Source: Dehalococcoidia bacterium
GTDB taxonomy: Bacteria; Chloroflexota; Dehalococcoidia; GIF9; AB-539-J10
DNA: 53,864 bases
Direction: 5' to 3'
Assembly (NCBI GenBank): GCA_003567655.1
Contig: PWZA01000132.1
Location: 1 to 53,864 of the forward strand
Within the stretch, counting starts at the first letter, position 1; each line of letters opens with the position of its first letter. The position numbers and the translations under genes are program-made. Below the pieces are notes generated by a model. It worked only from the letters and a program-made list of their open reading frames with translations. It did not search any database and had not been told where the DNA came from. Shown here piece by piece: positions 9,394 to 19,937 of the stretch.

Positions 9394-10002
9394 TCATGGC
9401 GAGATCGAAGAGCCCGCAGGCGGGCTCCCCAGAAGGGTTCTATCTTTCAGTTGCGCCAGCTTCTCTCGCAGTGCCATCAGGTTGACGACATCTTCCCTGT
9501 TGTATTCAAGCAGAAGGTCCAATGCTTTCTTATCGTTGTGATTTCTATATCTCCACCATAGTGAGACCGCCTCTACTCCTCCAATGCCTTGTAGATGTCT
9601 ATCAATGCCCAGACGGCGCTCTACCGCCTTGAAACCTCCGTATAGACGGTTCATCCAGCAATCATGCATCAGGTCATGATGGCCAAAGGCCTCAGTCAGA
9701 TCCACTCCGAGGCGAGAGCTTATGAAGGGGAGATCGAAACGGCTGCCATTGTATGTATAGACGGTTGCCACCCGACACAGGCTCTCAAGCAGATTGGCCC
9801 TGTTTATGTCACTGCCGACGAGTTGGACCAGCCTGACGACCTTGTCCTGCACCAGGTAAATGCCGATTACGGTGATCTCGTGACGATAGAAGCAGAGACC
9901 GGTTGTCTCAATATCCAGATAGGCGTCAAGCGGTGACTGCAACCTAAGGTGTTCCTTTGAGCCAGCGTGGTTTTGTAATATAATAGCATATGAGGGATAC
10001 AT
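9394..10002 (-). CDS. RNase H-fold (DEDD / YprB-like) 3'-5' exonuclease domain protein
   Basis: DIETTGL, YNGSRFDLPFI and HHDLMHD motifs. I prefer the start at ATG 10002 (GGAG 9 nt upstream). The longer ORF-track N-terminus would overlap the divergent gene. Confidence 0.65.
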   Translation of the reverse strand: MYPSYAIILQNHAGSKEHLRLQSPLDAYLDIETTGLCFYRHEITVIGIYLVQDKVVRLVQLVGSDINRANLLESLCRVATVYTYNGSRFDLPFISSRLGVDLTEAFGHHDLMHDCWMNRLYGGFKAVERRLGIDRHLQGIGGVEAVSLWWRYRNHNDKKALDLLLEYNREDVVNLMALREKLAQLKDRTLLGSPPAGSSISP

Positions 10003-10065
10003 CACCTTCATCTCCGATTGTGACCGAGCAGGCGTGCTGCTATGCATGTGTGGAAGGAGGGCAGA

Positions 10066-10269
10066 ATGAGAGAATGCACCGTGGAGCAGAACCTGGCACA
10101 ATGCAATTGCACATACGAGCCATGCAGCAGAAAGGGGCTGTGCTGTCAGTGCCTGAGATATCATTGGCGATCAGGCGAACTGCCCGCCTGTATGTTTCCC
10201 AGGGATGTGGAAAAGACCTACGATCGCTCTATCGAGAGATTCATCAGAAACTATCAAGAAGGGAGATAG
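10066..10269 (+). CDS. Small cysteine-rich protein (resembles the DUF6485 family)
   Basis: 67 aa, [42 protein letters not shown]..., with 8 Cys in the first 42 residues. Strong GGAAGGAGGG ribosome-binding site 5 nt upstream of ATG 10066. Confidence 0.6.
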   Translation: MRECTVEQNLAQCNCTYEPCSRKGLCCQCLRYHWRSGELPACMFPRDVEKTYDRSIERFIRNYQEGR

Positions 10270-10332
10270 CTATAGAGAGCACCGCAGATCGAATCGGTAC
10301 AACGTCAGGCACTCTCCTATAGTATTCCGTAT

Positions 10333-11046
10333 ATGGCTAGAACAGATAATCGTGCAGAGGACAAGCTTCGCCCAGTACGTATGAGTCTGGGATACCAGAG
10401 CTTCGCCGAGGGTTCTGCCTTGATCGAGCTGGGGCAAACAAGGGTGCTCTGTTCCGTGAGTATGGAGGAGAGGGTGCCTTTGTTTCTGAAAAACAGCGGT
10501 CAGGGTTGGGTCACCGCGGAGTACGCGATGCTGCCTCGATCCACGATTACCCGCACTCCGCGCGATAAGCCGGAGGGAAGAAGCCAAGAGATCCAGCGCC
10601 TGATCGGTCGCAGCTTGAGGGCAGCAACTGACCTTGCTTCCCTAGGAGAAAGGACCCTTGTCGTGGACTGTGACGTGTTGCAGGCAGATGGCGGTACTAG
10701 AACGGCCGCTATTACCGGTGGATGCATTGCTCTTTACCACGCCTTCCATAACCTCCGGAAACAAGGTGTGTTGCCATTTATGCCGCTACGCAAGATGATA
10801 GCCGCTACCAGTGTAGGCATTGTCAATGGCAGGATGCTACTTGACCTCTGTTATGAGGAGGACCATAAGGCTGAGGTTGATTTCAATGTGGTGATGACCG
10901 ATAAGAACGAGTTTGTGGAGATTCAGGGAACCGCTGAAGGCAAGACGTTCTCGAGAGAAACCGCAGATAGCCTGCTCTCTTTGGCCCAGCACGGAATTGA
11001 CAGGCTGTTCAAGGTCCAGAAGGAAGCGCTCAGGGCTCTAGTCTAG
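10333..11046 (+). CDS. rph: Ribonuclease PH
   Basis: 237 aa. R-x-D-G-R-type N-terminus ([12 protein letters not shown]), [28 protein letters not shown] and [14 protein letters not shown] motifs. Confidence 0.93.
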   Translation: MARTDNRAEDKLRPVRMSLGYQSFAEGSALIELGQTRVLCSVSMEERVPLFLKNSGQGWVTAEYAMLPRSTITRTPRDKPEGRSQEIQRLIGRSLRAATDLASLGERTLVVDCDVLQADGGTRTAAITGGCIALYHAFHNLRKQGVLPFMPLRKMIAATSVGIVNGRMLLDLCYEEDHKAEVDFNVVMTDKNEFVEIQGTAEGKTFSRETADSLLSLAQHGIDRLFKVQKEALRALV

Positions 11047-11193
11047 TCTTCTACCTTGTTCGCTACGGCACCCTGTCCACTGTTCCGGGCCTGCCTGCAG
11101 TGTAGACTGCTCCGTCCGTGGTGTGATTTCTCAATTCGGGCAAAATGATTTATACTTTGTGTTCTCTGCCGTATGTGCGGGAATTGCGAGAAG

Positions 11194-12489
11194 ATGACAC
11201 AGCTAGAGTTGGCGCGTAAGGGAACCGTTTCACCCCAGATGAAACATGTCGCTGAGCGGGAAGGGGTGGAGGTTGATTTCATACTGGAAGGGGTGATCAA
11301 GGGCAAGATCGTGATCCCTGCCAACGTTAATCATTCCAACCTCGAGCTGTGCGGGATCGGCGCAGGGTTGAGGACGAAGGTCAACGCGAATATAGGCACA
11401 TCATCAGATTTCTGCGATCTGAATACTGAACTCACTAAGCTGCGGACGGCCGTTGATTTTGGCGCCGATGCTGTGATGGATCTGAGCACTGCAGGCGATA
11501 TTTCGGCCATAAGAAGGGCCATCCTCAGCGCAAGTTCGGTGCCGGTCGGTACAGTGCCTATCTATCAGGCAGGTATCGAAACCATCGAGAGTCGCGGCGC
11601 CATTGTCAATATGACTACTGATGATATATTCTCTGCCATTCGGGAACATGCGAAAGATGGGGTGGACTTCATGACTGTCCACTGTGGAGTAACCCAGGCG
11701 TCTGTGGCCAGACTGAAGGGCCATGGCAGGGTTACTGATATTGTATCCCGAGGGGGAGCCTTCCTCATCGGTTGGATGCTACACAACGAGAGGGAGAACC
11801 CCCTTTATGAATGCTATGATCGCCTGTTGGACTTGGCTCTCGAATACGATTTCACGCTAAGCCTCGGGGATGGGCTGCGCCCCGGATGCCTGGCCGATGC
11901 CACAGACGCTGCCCAGGTCGAGGAGTTGATTATCCTGGGTGAGTTGGCGGGGCGTGCTCGGGAGGCAGGCGTTCAGGCTATGATTGAGGGTCCAGGGCAC
12001 TTGCCTCTGGATCAGGTTGCCTCAAACGTGCAGTTGGAGAAGTGCCTTGCTCGAGGAGCGCCTTTCTATGTCCTTGGTCCTTTGGTCACCGACGTGGGTG
12101 CCGGTTACGATCATATTACCGCCGCCATCGGCGGGGCAATCGCAGCGTCCGCTGGAGCGGATTTCCTCTGCTATGTCACACCCAGTGAACACCTGTCTCT
12201 CCCTACAGTTGAGGACGTTAAGCACGGTGTAATCGCCTCACGTATAGCGGCTCACGCCGGAGATATCGTCAAGGGCGTCAAAGGGGCTAGGGAGTGGGAT
12301 GAGCAGATATCCAGGGCGCGTAAGGCTCTCGATTGGAAGAGCCAGGCCAGTTTGTCCATGGATCCGGAGTTGTCACAGCAGATCCATAGTAAGATACCGG
12401 TTGACGGTGCAACATGCAGCATGTGCGGTAGATACTGTGCTATGGCAATCGTTGAGAAATACCTTGGCATCTCAGCAAGCAAGTGTTGA
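11194..12489 (+). CDS. thiC: Phosphomethylpyrimidine synthase ThiC (radical SAM)
   Basis: [17 protein letters not shown]-terminus, [14 protein letters not shown], and the C-terminal CSMCGRYCA cluster motif (CX2CX4C). I chose the start at ATG 11194 rather than 11173. Confidence 0.93.
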   Translation: MTQLELARKGTVSPQMKHVAEREGVEVDFILEGVIKGKIVIPANVNHSNLELCGIGAGLRTKVNANIGTSSDFCDLNTELTKLRTAVDFGADAVMDLSTAGDISAIRRAILSASSVPVGTVPIYQAGIETIESRGAIVNMTTDDIFSAIREHAKDGVDFMTVHCGVTQASVARLKGHGRVTDIVSRGGAFLIGWMLHNERENPLYECYDRLLDLALEYDFTLSLGDGLRPGCLADATDAAQVEELIILGELAGRAREAGVQAMIEGPGHLPLDQVASNVQLEKCLARGAPFYVLGPLVTDVGAGYDHITAAIGGAIAASAGADFLCYVTPSEHLSLPTVEDVKHGVIASRIAAHAGDIVKGVKGAREWDEQISRARKALDWKSQASLSMDPELSQQIHSKIPVDGATCSMCGRYCAMAIVEKYLGISASKC

Positions 12490-12526
12490 AAGGACTCCTT
12501 TGCTGTGTCTGGCATGACTTCTCAAG

Positions 12527-13765
12527 ATGAAGACAGAGATAATACCTGTTGGCACGGAGATACTGCTTGGCAATATAGTCGACACCGACTCCTCTTTCCT
12601 GGCCAGTGAGTTGTCCTCGCTAGGCCTAGACCTATACTTTATCTCTACGGTTGGTGACAATCACGACAGGCTGTTTGACACGTTAAAACGGGCCTGGGAG
12701 AGAGCAGGCCTTATTATAGTTACAGGCGGATTGGGACCTACGCAGGATGATATCACCCGGGAGGCTATCGGTATGCTTGTGGATGAGGAACTCAGAGTCG
12801 ACGAGGCTTTATGGCAGGAACTGCGGAACCTGTTCAGTCGCTATCCCGGGAGGATACCGGAGGGGAACACGAAACAGGCAGCAGTGATCCCTTCGGCACA
12901 GGTGATTCATAATAGTATGGGGACGGCACCGGGCTGGTGGGTTGAGAAAGATGGCCATATAATAATAGCACTGCCCGGACCACCTGAGGAGATGAAGCTG
13001 ATGTGGCAGGAAAGTGTACGACCCAGACTGAAGCAGAAGACAGGCGAGGCAATCATATTGTCCCGAACGATTAAGACTTTTCAGGTTGCCGAGGCCCGGG
13101 TAGATGAACTGGTAGCTCCTATCTCCGGACTATCCAATCCTACCCTGGCCACGTACATCAACCCGGACGGCGTATATCTGCGCATCACTGCGAAAGCCCA
13201 GCGAAGGGAAGAGGCAGAGTCGCTGGTCAGGCGAACTGAAGAGCAAGTGCGAGCGATGCTCGCCTCTCATATCTGGGGCGTCGATGATGAAACGCTGGAG
13301 TCAGTTGTTGGCGACCTGCTCAGAAGCAGAGAGTTGAGGCTTGCCACCATGGAATCCTGCACCGCCGGTCTGCTATGCACCACGGTCGCCGGCGGTCGCG
13401 AGAGCTGTATCTTCTATCGGGGAGGATTGCTGGCCTGCTCTCATGAGGCGAAGACAGCCCTTGGCGTGGGGGTGCAACCAGGGGAGCCGCATGGTGAGGA
13501 GAATCTCAAGGTGGCCAAGGCAATGGCTGAGACTGCCCGCCAAAGCCTGAACGCTGATATCGGTTTGGGTGTTGGAGGCAGGCTGAGTTGCGATACTAAC
13601 TCCGGCGATGTCTTCACGGCCATAGTCTGGGATGAGTTTGATATGACCCATACTCACAGGGTTCGTGGCAATCACTTAAGAATGAAGCAAAGGGCAACAT
13701 ATGCCGCCCTTTTCGATCTGAGAAGGGTACTGCTGGAGAGGAGGATCAATGCACCTGATCATTGA
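12527..13765 (+). CDS. cinA: CinA-family competence/damage-inducible protein (NMN amidohydrolase type)
   Basis: MKTEIIPVGTEILLGNIVDTDSSFLA and IVTGGLGPTQDDITREA (MoCF-biosynthesis-like domain), plus a C-terminal CinA domain (ESCTAGLL). Confidence 0.9.
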   Translation: MKTEIIPVGTEILLGNIVDTDSSFLASELSSLGLDLYFISTVGDNHDRLFDTLKRAWERAGLIIVTGGLGPTQDDITREAIGMLVDEELRVDEALWQELRNLFSRYPGRIPEGNTKQAAVIPSAQVIHNSMGTAPGWWVEKDGHIIIALPGPPEEMKLMWQESVRPRLKQKTGEAIILSRTIKTFQVAEARVDELVAPISGLSNPTLATYINPDGVYLRITAKAQRREEAESLVRRTEEQVRAMLASHIWGVDDETLESVVGDLLRSRELRLATMESCTAGLLCTTVAGGRESCIFYRGGLLACSHEAKTALGVGVQPGEPHGEENLKVAKAMAETARQSLNADIGLGVGGRLSCDTNSGDVFTAIVWDEFDMTHTHRVRGNHLRMKQRATYAALFDLRRVLLERRINAPDH

Positions 13766-14144
13766 TGGCTATTCAAGCGACTCAGGAATTCTTCAGGATG
13801 AGCACTTCCTGCGAAGCTGGCTCGAGAGCTATCCTGCCAGGATAGGAATGAACAGGATATCTCCCCCCTATGTTGTCAAGTATCAGGGGCCGGTGCCGGA
13901 TGACTGGGGAATATCTGGATTGGTCTTTATCGCCGAGAGCCACATCGGAATTCATACCTTTGTTGAGCGCAGATACGTCAACATCGACGTCTTCTCCTGT
14001 AAGGACTTTGATGTCGAGAAGGCAATCAGTGACTTCAGAGACGCCTTCAGACTGGTGAAATTGAGAACTCGCCTGATTGATAGGGAATGGCCCAAAGCAG
14101 AGGCTATTGAGTCAGGTCCAGAAGGTTTCGTCTATCATGAGTGA
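13749..14144 (+). CDS. Pyruvoyl-dependent decarboxylase proenzyme of the AdoMetDC (SpeH) fold
   Basis: 131 aa. GISGLVFIAESHIGIHTF matches the self-cleavage E-S site of class 1 AdoMet decarboxylases. Overlaps the cinA stop by 17 nt and the agmatinase start by 8 nt. Confidence 0.75.
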   Translation: MHLIIDGYSSDSGILQDEHFLRSWLESYPARIGMNRISPPYVVKYQGPVPDDWGISGLVFIAESHIGIHTFVERRYVNIDVFSCKDFDVEKAISDFRDAFRLVKLRTRLIDREWPKAEAIESGPEGFVYHE

Positions 14145-15063
14145 CATTGATGCTCGGCCCGAGCCGCTCGATGGCTGGCATGAGGGTACGTTTCTGCCGC
14201 CTCGGGCTTTTGCCGGGCTGCCACCATTGTACTCCGATATGCAGCAATCAAGAGCTGTGATCGTGCCGGTTCCCTATGATAGCACCAGCGAGTGGAGGAG
14301 CGGTTCCCGTCATGGTCCTCAGGCCATCATTGACGCTTCCCAGTATCTTGAGCTCTATGATCTGGAGCAAGATAGGGAGGCGTATAGAGTAGGAATATGC
14401 ACCCTGCCAGAGGTGGAACCTGTACTGAGCGGTCCCGACGCTATGATAGAGCGTGTCTACGAAGTGATAAGGGGCCTGATCCAGCAGGAGAAACTGGTCG
14501 TGGTACTCGGCGGGGATCACTGCCTTTCCCTAGGAGCGGTACGAGCGTGCCGGGAATCATTCTCTAGGCTGTCGGTCCTCCAGATGGATGCACATGCTGA
14601 CCTGCGAGATCAGTATCTGGGAACCAGATATGGCCAGGCATGTGTCATGCGCCGCATACTTGAGCTGTGTCCTATTTGTCAGGTGGGGGTGCGTAGTTTG
14701 AGCCTGGAGGAGAAGCAGTTTCTGGTGGGCGAAAAGCTAACCCCATTCTATATGTCTGATATGGCACGCGGCACATCCCACATAGATGGTATCGTTGATT
14801 CGCTCAGTGAAAACGTCTACATAACCATCGATGTGGATGTCCTGGACCCTTCTATCATGCCGGCAGTAGGCACTCCTGAGCCCGGCGGCATGTCGTGGCG
14901 GCAGCTCCTGGATATAGTAGAATCCGTGGCGCTTCACAGGCGTGTAGTTGGTTTTGATCTGATGGAGTTCTGCCCCGCAGAGGGGCCGAATTCTTGTGCC
15001 TTCTTGCTGGCCAAGTTAGCCTATAGGATTATCGGGTGCACTGCGCCATTTGAGGAACGATGA
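14137..15063 (+). CDS. speB: Agmatinase / ureohydrolase family protein
   Basis: Arginase-fold metal motifs: [30 protein letters not shown] 14137 overlaps the upstream stop (ATGAGTGA). Confidence 0.85.
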   Translation: MSDIDARPEPLDGWHEGTFLPPRAFAGLPPLYSDMQQSRAVIVPVPYDSTSEWRSGSRHGPQAIIDASQYLELYDLEQDREAYRVGICTLPEVEPVLSGPDAMIERVYEVIRGLIQQEKLVVVLGGDHCLSLGAVRACRESFSRLSVLQMDAHADLRDQYLGTRYGQACVMRRILELCPICQVGVRSLSLEEKQFLVGEKLTPFYMSDMARGTSHIDGIVDSLSENVYITIDVDVLDPSIMPAVGTPEPGGMSWRQLLDIVESVALHRRVVGFDLMEFCPAEGPNSCAFLLAKLAYRIIGCTAPFEER

Positions 15064-16193
15064 GAGGCCAGATAAGCCTGGGGAGAGTTTTCGGCATCCC
15101 GCTCCGACTGCATTATACCTGGTTTATAATATTCGCTCTCGTTACCTTTTCGCTCGTGCGTTATGCCATGGAAGCGACGTACTCCTTAGAACAAGGGGTC
15201 ATCCTCGGTGTACTGACCAGCATGCTTTTCTTCGTATCAATCATCACCCATGAACTGGCTCACAGCATTGTGGCCATAAGAAACAGTATACCGGTCAGGG
15301 AGATCACGCTCTTTGTGTTTGGCGGCGTCTCACAAATAACCAGGGAAGCAACCAGTCCCAGGGCAGAGTTCTTGGTTGCGATTGTGGGACCCGTGACCAG
15401 CCTCGTCTTGGCCGGAGTCTTCTATGCATTGCATATCCTGCTTGCAGCAAGTCAACAAGCATTAGCCGCGGGCCTTATGCAGTGGCTGGCCTTGATAAAT
15501 GTCATCCTGGCGGTCTTCAACTTAATACCCGGCTTTCCGCTGGATGGAGGCCGGGTACTCCGAGCACTCGTGTGGGGACGAACCCGCGATTATCGCAAGG
15601 CAACACGCATCGCTGCCAGGGTAGGTCAGGTGATAGCCTATGCCTTTATGGCCGGAGGCTTCGTTCTTATCATATTTGTTCGGGAGTTCTGGTTCACGGG
15701 CTTGTGGTTTATACTGATCGGCTGGTTTCTTCATGATGCCGCCAGAGCGAGTTATCGCCACGTCATCCTCCGTGATGCTCTCAATGGCATCACTACGCGC
15801 CAGATCATGGACAGCGGCTGTCCTTCTGTATCTCCCGAAATGGCTGTCGGACAAGCTATTGAGCAGCACATATTGCCTACAGGGCGGAATTGCCTCCTCA
15901 TAACTCAAGGAGGTGAGCTTGTGGGCATGGTTACTTTGCAGCAGATCAAGCAGATCGGGCGCGGTCGCTGGGAAGCAGTACCCGTGCGCGATATCATGAT
16001 ACCGGGCCGGGATCTGAAGGCAGTTGATGCGGATGAGGATGTTATGGCAGTGCTCGATATGATGGATGGAGAGACCGCCAATCATCTACCGGTGACAGAG
16101 GCAGGGAGGGTTGTGGGGGGGATAAACCGCGAGGACTTGATTCGCCTTCTGCGGAACAGGGCCGAGTTCGGAATGGGGCCAACCACTGCATAG
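15060..16193 (+). CDS. Site-2 protease (peptidase M50) with C-terminal CBS pair
   Basis: HELAHS zinc motif and [14 protein letters not shown] second motif within multiple transmembrane segments. CBS-like C-terminus. ATGA start/stop overlap with the agmatinase gene. Confidence 0.88.
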   Translation: MRGQISLGRVFGIPLRLHYTWFIIFALVTFSLVRYAMEATYSLEQGVILGVLTSMLFFVSIITHELAHSIVAIRNSIPVREITLFVFGGVSQITREATSPRAEFLVAIVGPVTSLVLAGVFYALHILLAASQQALAAGLMQWLALINVILAVFNLIPGFPLDGGRVLRALVWGRTRDYRKATRIAARVGQVIAYAFMAGGFVLIIFVREFWFTGLWFILIGWFLHDAARASYRHVILRDALNGITTRQIMDSGCPSVSPEMAVGQAIEQHILPTGRNCLLITQGGELVGMVTLQQIKQIGRGRWEAVPVRDIMIPGRDLKAVDADEDVMAVLDMMDGETANHLPVTEAGRVVGGINREDLIRLLRNRAEFGMGPTTA

Positions 16194-16302
16194 TGGACGG
16201 ACGGCCCTATGATCCTTGTTCATACCATCACCATCTCTGTTTGCTTGTGTGCGTTTGAAGTGAAACAAGCGGATTGGGCTATCACATCCCACTGCGACCC
16301 GT

Positions 16303-17091
16303 CTACTCCCCTTCCACAAATCTCCGGGCGGCATCTCCCATCTCATTGCCACTGCCCGAACCGAGGCAGATATCGGTCTCCATACGTAGTCCTACATCAA
16401 GCGGAGTCGATAAGGTCAGATTGGCGGCTCTCTTGCCACCCTGAACAAGCCGAGGATCATGGCTCGCTAGTTCATCGGCCAGTCTTCGAGCTTCAAGCAT
16501 TAGCGTATCTGCGGGATAGACATGATCAACCAACCTGATCCTGAGTGCCTCAGCCGCGTCGATTCTGCGTCCGGTAAGGATCAACTCCTTGGCAAGGCTG
16601 AGCCCTACGATCCTGGGCAATCTCTGGGTGCTTCCCAGATCGGGAATAACTCCCAGTTGGATCTCAGGAAGCCCGAACACAGCTGTGCTAGATGCAAGGC
16701 GCATGTCGCAACACAGGGCAAACTCCAGAGCCGCTCCAAGACAGTGACCGTTGACGGCCGCGATAACAGGTACGGCAAGATCCTCATACATGGTGAATAT
16801 CGTCTTGAGACTATACAGCGAATCATAACCCTGCCTCAGACCATCAAAGATGTCCATGGGCGCACTTCCAGAAGCCACCATCTTCAAGTCAATTCCCGCA
16901 CTGAATGCCCTGCTGCCTGCACCAGTCACTATAACGACCCTGACATGCGGGCTTCTCTTTATGGTCTCCGCTGCCCGTTGCAGGCCTGTGAAGATATCGT
17001 TGTTAAAGGCGTTCAGCGCCTGCGGACGATTCAAGAGAACTGTGGCAATCGTGCCCTCATTATCCAGTTGAACAGCCGCTTCAGCTTCCAT
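16303..17091 (-). CDS. Enoyl-CoA hydratase/isomerase (crotonase) family protein
   Basis: [30 protein letters not shown] and [16 protein letters not shown] motifs. I prefer the start at ATG 17091 (MEAEAAVQL). Confidence 0.88.
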   Translation of the reverse strand: MEAEAAVQLDNEGTIATVLLNRPQALNAFNNDIFTGLQRAAETIKRSPHVRVVIVTGAGSRAFSAGIDLKMVASGSAPMDIFDGLRQGYDSLYSLKTIFTMYEDLAVPVIAAVNGHCLGAALEFALCCDMRLASSTAVFGLPEIQLGVIPDLGSTQRLPRIVGLSLAKELILTGRRIDAAEALRIRLVDHVYPADTLMLEARRLADELASHDPRLVQGGKRAANLTLSTPLDVGLRMETDICLGSGSGNEMGDAARRFVEGE

Positions 17092-17344
17092 TTGTTTCGC
17101 TCGCTCTTTAAGTCTTGACAAACACCTGGCACATGACCTCATCTAATCAATTGGGGGTGAAGCTGTCACCATCTTTGCGGACAGTGCGGGTTGTAGAGTT
17201 GGTGATAGTAAGAGGGCGCAATGTACGCGGTGAACCTCCCATAGATAAGGGTAGTCTGTTTTCGATGCTGTCCATAAAACGCCCAGTCAGAGGCCTGCTG
17301 GAGCACTACCGCCACAGCCTGGAGCAGCCTCCTGCCCCGTTGTG

Positions 17345-17420
17345 TGGTGAGCCGCCTGGGACTCGAACCCAGAACCGGCTGATTAAGAGTCAGCTGCTCT
17401 ACCGATTGAGCTAGCGGCCC
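17345..17420 (-). tRNA. tRNA-Lys (anticodon CUU), CCA encoded
   Basis: The reverse complement GGGCCGCTAGCTCAATCGGTAGAGCAGCTGACTCTTAATCAGCCGGTTCTGGGTTCGAGTCCCAGGCGGCTCACCA folds by hand into a cloverleaf. It has a 7-bp acceptor stem, a CT-CTT-AA anticodon loop and a GGTTCGAGTCC T-arm. Confidence 0.92.
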
Positions 17421-17515
17421 AGCGGAATAATGTTAGCACCAACGCGTAACGCAATCAACCAGCGCCATAACGACTGAACCCGCTTGACAGTTTGTGCTAG
17501 AATAGGCCCGAGTCT

Positions 17516-18085
17516 ATGAATATCGTTCGTGAAGCCGGTATAGCTATAATCATCGCCATAGCAGTGTTCGTTCTTCTGCAGTTCAATGTGCAGAGCTATA
17601 CTGTTCGATATGGCAGTATGCTTCCCAATGTCAGGGAAGGAGACTGGGTGATGGTCAACAAGGCGAGTTACTTCTTCTCCGATCCTAAAGTAGGAGACGT
17701 CATAGTCTTTGACCCGCCTTTCGATTCTCCCCATCCCTATATCAAACGCGTGATAGGACTCCCGGGTGATCTTGTTGAGGTGAAGGATAGCAAGGTCTTT
17801 ATCAACAATATACCACTCGAGGAGGAACACATCATGGCCCCTCCCAGCTACACAATGTCAGCTAGGGAGATTCCTGCAGGCGAGTACTTTGTCTTGGGAG
17901 ACAATCGTAACAACAGCAACGACTCTCGTTATGACTGGACAGTTCCGCGGGAGAGCATCGTTGGCAAAGCATGGTTCACGTATTGGCCGCCGGATAGATG
18001 GATGGTGGTCAGGCACTATCCCTACCCTGAATTAGAGGGCACGGCTGATCAGGAGCTTGTGGTCAGTTATGCGATCGGGGGGTAG
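17516..18085 (+). CDS. lepB: Signal peptidase I
   Basis: N-terminal transmembrane segment, catalytic Ser context YGSMLPNV, YIKRVIGLPGD, and the GDNRNNSNDSR box. Confidence 0.92.
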   Translation: MNIVREAGIAIIIAIAVFVLLQFNVQSYTVRYGSMLPNVREGDWVMVNKASYFFSDPKVGDVIVFDPPFDSPHPYIKRVIGLPGDLVEVKDSKVFINNIPLEEEHIMAPPSYTMSAREIPAGEYFVLGDNRNNSNDSRYDWTVPRESIVGKAWFTYWPPDRWMVVRHYPYPELEGTADQELVVSYAIGG

Positions 18086-18087
18086 TC

Positions 18088-18654
18088 TTGAGCGATGAAG
18101 TACTCGATCTATTCAAAGCTGCCGGGGCGCTAAAGGAAGGTCACTTCCTCCTTAGCTCCGGATTGCATTCGCGTGTATACTGGGAAAAGTTTCGCGTCCT
18201 GCAATACCCGCATATTACGGAACGGCTATGCGGTTTGATCGCGGCACATTTCAAAGAGCAGAGAGTGGATCTGGTCGCGGGTCCGACGACAGGAGGCATT
18301 GTCCTTGCTTTCGAAACCGCCCGGCAGTTGGGAATCCGCAGCATCTTCGCCGAGAAGCAAGGGGCGACAAGGCTGTTCCGACGCGACTTTCAGATCGTGC
18401 CCGGCGAACGTATCCTTGTTGTTGATGATATCCTCACTACCGGTAGTTCGGTTAGAGAGACTGCTGCTGCAGTGGATAGTCTGGGGGGAGTTGTGATAGG
18501 AGTCGGTGTGCTCGTTGACAGGAATGAGAAGGGCCTGGGCTTGAGCATTCCTTTGTTTAGTTGCCTTCGGGCGCCAACGTCTGCCTATCCGGCTGAAGAA
18601 TGCCCTCTGTGCGCGGCTCATGTCCCCCTGACTAAGCCCGGATCCTCTTGCTAG
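18088..18654 (+). CDS. pyrE: Orotate phosphoribosyltransferase
   Basis: 188 aa, TTG start 2 nt after the lepB stop. GHFLLSSGLHS motif and PRPP-binding loop ILVVDDILTTGSS. Confidence 0.88.
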   Translation: MSDEVLDLFKAAGALKEGHFLLSSGLHSRVYWEKFRVLQYPHITERLCGLIAAHFKEQRVDLVAGPTTGGIVLAFETARQLGIRSIFAEKQGATRLFRRDFQIVPGERILVVDDILTTGSSVRETAAAVDSLGGVVIGVGVLVDRNEKGLGLSIPLFSCLRAPTSAYPAEECPLCAAHVPLTKPGSSC

Positions 18655-18863
18655 TGGGTTAGGTGCTGCCCTTGGTTGCTCTGTCCCAGCTTGAATGGAT
18701 GTGTCGTCATACTGGAGTTACCACAATGGCCATTACATGTTTATCTACTTAGGCGCATCCTTTGAACCAACTCATCCTGCGGTGCAGGTCCTAGGGATGG
18801 TCAATCATCCGGCTATAATACTCCCTTGACAGTAGAATGAGGAATACCTAAAATACCATTGCT

Positions 18864-18939
<76 letters not shown>

Positions 18940-19059
18940 TTCGGTTAGTCTTCTGACTGGGCCCGGGGAATGGCAAAGTCGATATTCGAGTTTGATCTCG
19001 GCGACGCCACGCTAGTAACCGGGTGAGCCTTCTCAGATCAGCGTGACTATACTCGTCCA

Positions 19060-19147
19060 GCCGAAGTGGCGGAATGGCAGACGCGACAGTCTCAAAAACT
19101 GTTGGGGGGCAACCCCCGTGTCGGTTCGAGTCCGACCTTCGGCACCA
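19060..19147 (+). tRNA. tRNA-Leu (anticodon CAA), long variable arm, CCA encoded
   Basis: GCCGAAGTGGCGGAATGGCAG...CAGTCTCAAAAACTG...TGGGGGGCAACCCCCGT...GGTTCGAGTCCGACCTTCGGCACCA. Acceptor stem GCCGAAG/CTTCGGC. The variable stem-loop is typical of class II tRNAs. Confidence 0.9.
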
Positions 19148-19250
19148 GAGTCACCTGTCTATGCGAATAACCGGGCGCCAGAATTGTGTGGGGTTTACCT
19201 GATGTCGACATTCCTGTTATTCTTGAGCTTGGGAGTCTGAAAGGCGAGAG

Positions 19251-19324
19251 TGCCGGGTTGTGTAGCGGTAGCACAGAGGACTTTGGATCCTTTAGCCCAG
19301 GTTCGAATCCTGGCCCGGCAGCCA
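19251..19324 (+). tRNA. tRNA-Gln (anticodon UUG), CCA encoded
   Basis: TGCCGGGTTGTGTAGCGGTAGCACAGAGGACTTTGGATCCTTTAGCCCAGGTTCGAATCCTGGCCCGGCAGCCA. It has the U1-A72 pair typical of bacterial tRNA-Gln and a CT-TTG-GA anticodon loop. Confidence 0.9.
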
Positions 19325-19424
19325 TATACCATGATCAGTGTCAGACACCTTGATGGCCTATACCGTAGAGAGAGACTGGCGGCTACTGTCAAGCATGAGC
19401 CCGCATGCGGCAAGGACGAGGTTG

Positions 19425-19937
19425 ATGCAGACACTTGAGGATGTGACTATATACACTGATGGCGCCTGCTTGGGAAATCCCGGCCCCGGTGGATATGGGA
19501 CAGTCGTGCTCTGTGAAGGCGGGCGAATGGAGCTATCGGGTGGGTATCGCTGGACTACGAACAACAGGATGGAGATGATGGCTGCCATTGTCGGATTGCA
19601 GGCGCTGAAGAGGAGATCCCGCGTTACGGTGTACAGTGATTCGGAGTACATGGTGAAGGCAATCACCAGAGGGTGGGCCCAAAGATGGCGGACAAACGGG
19701 TGGAGGCGAAATAGACGGGAGAGGGCTCTAAATCCTGACCTGTGGGAGATGCTCCTCGAGCTTTGTAAACACCATGAGGTCGATTTCAGATGGGTAAAGG
19801 GTCACTCTGATAGTACAGAGAACATTCGTTGTGATGAGTTAGCAACACAGGCTGCTCGACATGTGAGCCTGCTTGAGGATGTGGGCTATATATCTCAGAG
19901 CACTGATGATCATACAGCGCGGGTTGCAGATATGTAG
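19425..19937 (+). CDS. rnhA: Ribonuclease HI
   Basis: VTIYTDGACLGNPGPGGYG, NNRMEMMAAI, VYSDSEYMV and WVKGHSDSTENIRCDELA motifs. I prefer ATG 19425. The ORF-track start 19338 would lie only 13 nt downstream of the tRNA-Gln 3' end (19324). Confidence 0.88.
   Translation: MQTLEDVTIYTDGACLGNPGPGGYGTVVLCEGGRMELSGGYRWTTNNRMEMMAAIVGLQALKRRSRVTVYSDSEYMVKAITRGWAQRWRTNGWRRNRRERALNPDLWEMLLELCKHHEVDFRWVKGHSDSTENIRCDELATQAARHVSLLEDVGYISQSTDDHTARVADM

Noticed and set aside
9394-10164. The full-length 256-aa version of the exonuclease ORF, and similar long N-terminal extensions of the ORFs at 4198, 14077, 17142, 19338, 22025, 22151, 27901, 28598, 28551, 39775 and 53798.
   Set aside because: The extensions are non-homologous, often overlap the neighbouring gene or a repeat, and lack ribosome-binding sites. 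Internal ATG/GTG codons with GGAGG-type sites coincide with the start of recognisable homology.
11047-11193. A TPP riboswitch, expected upstream of thiC.
   Set aside because: I could not find the conserved CUGAGA and ACCUGAUCUGGAUAAUGCCAGCG-type core on the plus strand. A weak resemblance (gcgagaag ... ggcgcgtaaggga) lies inside the conserved thiC N-terminal coding sequence. An Infernal/Rfam scan would settle this.
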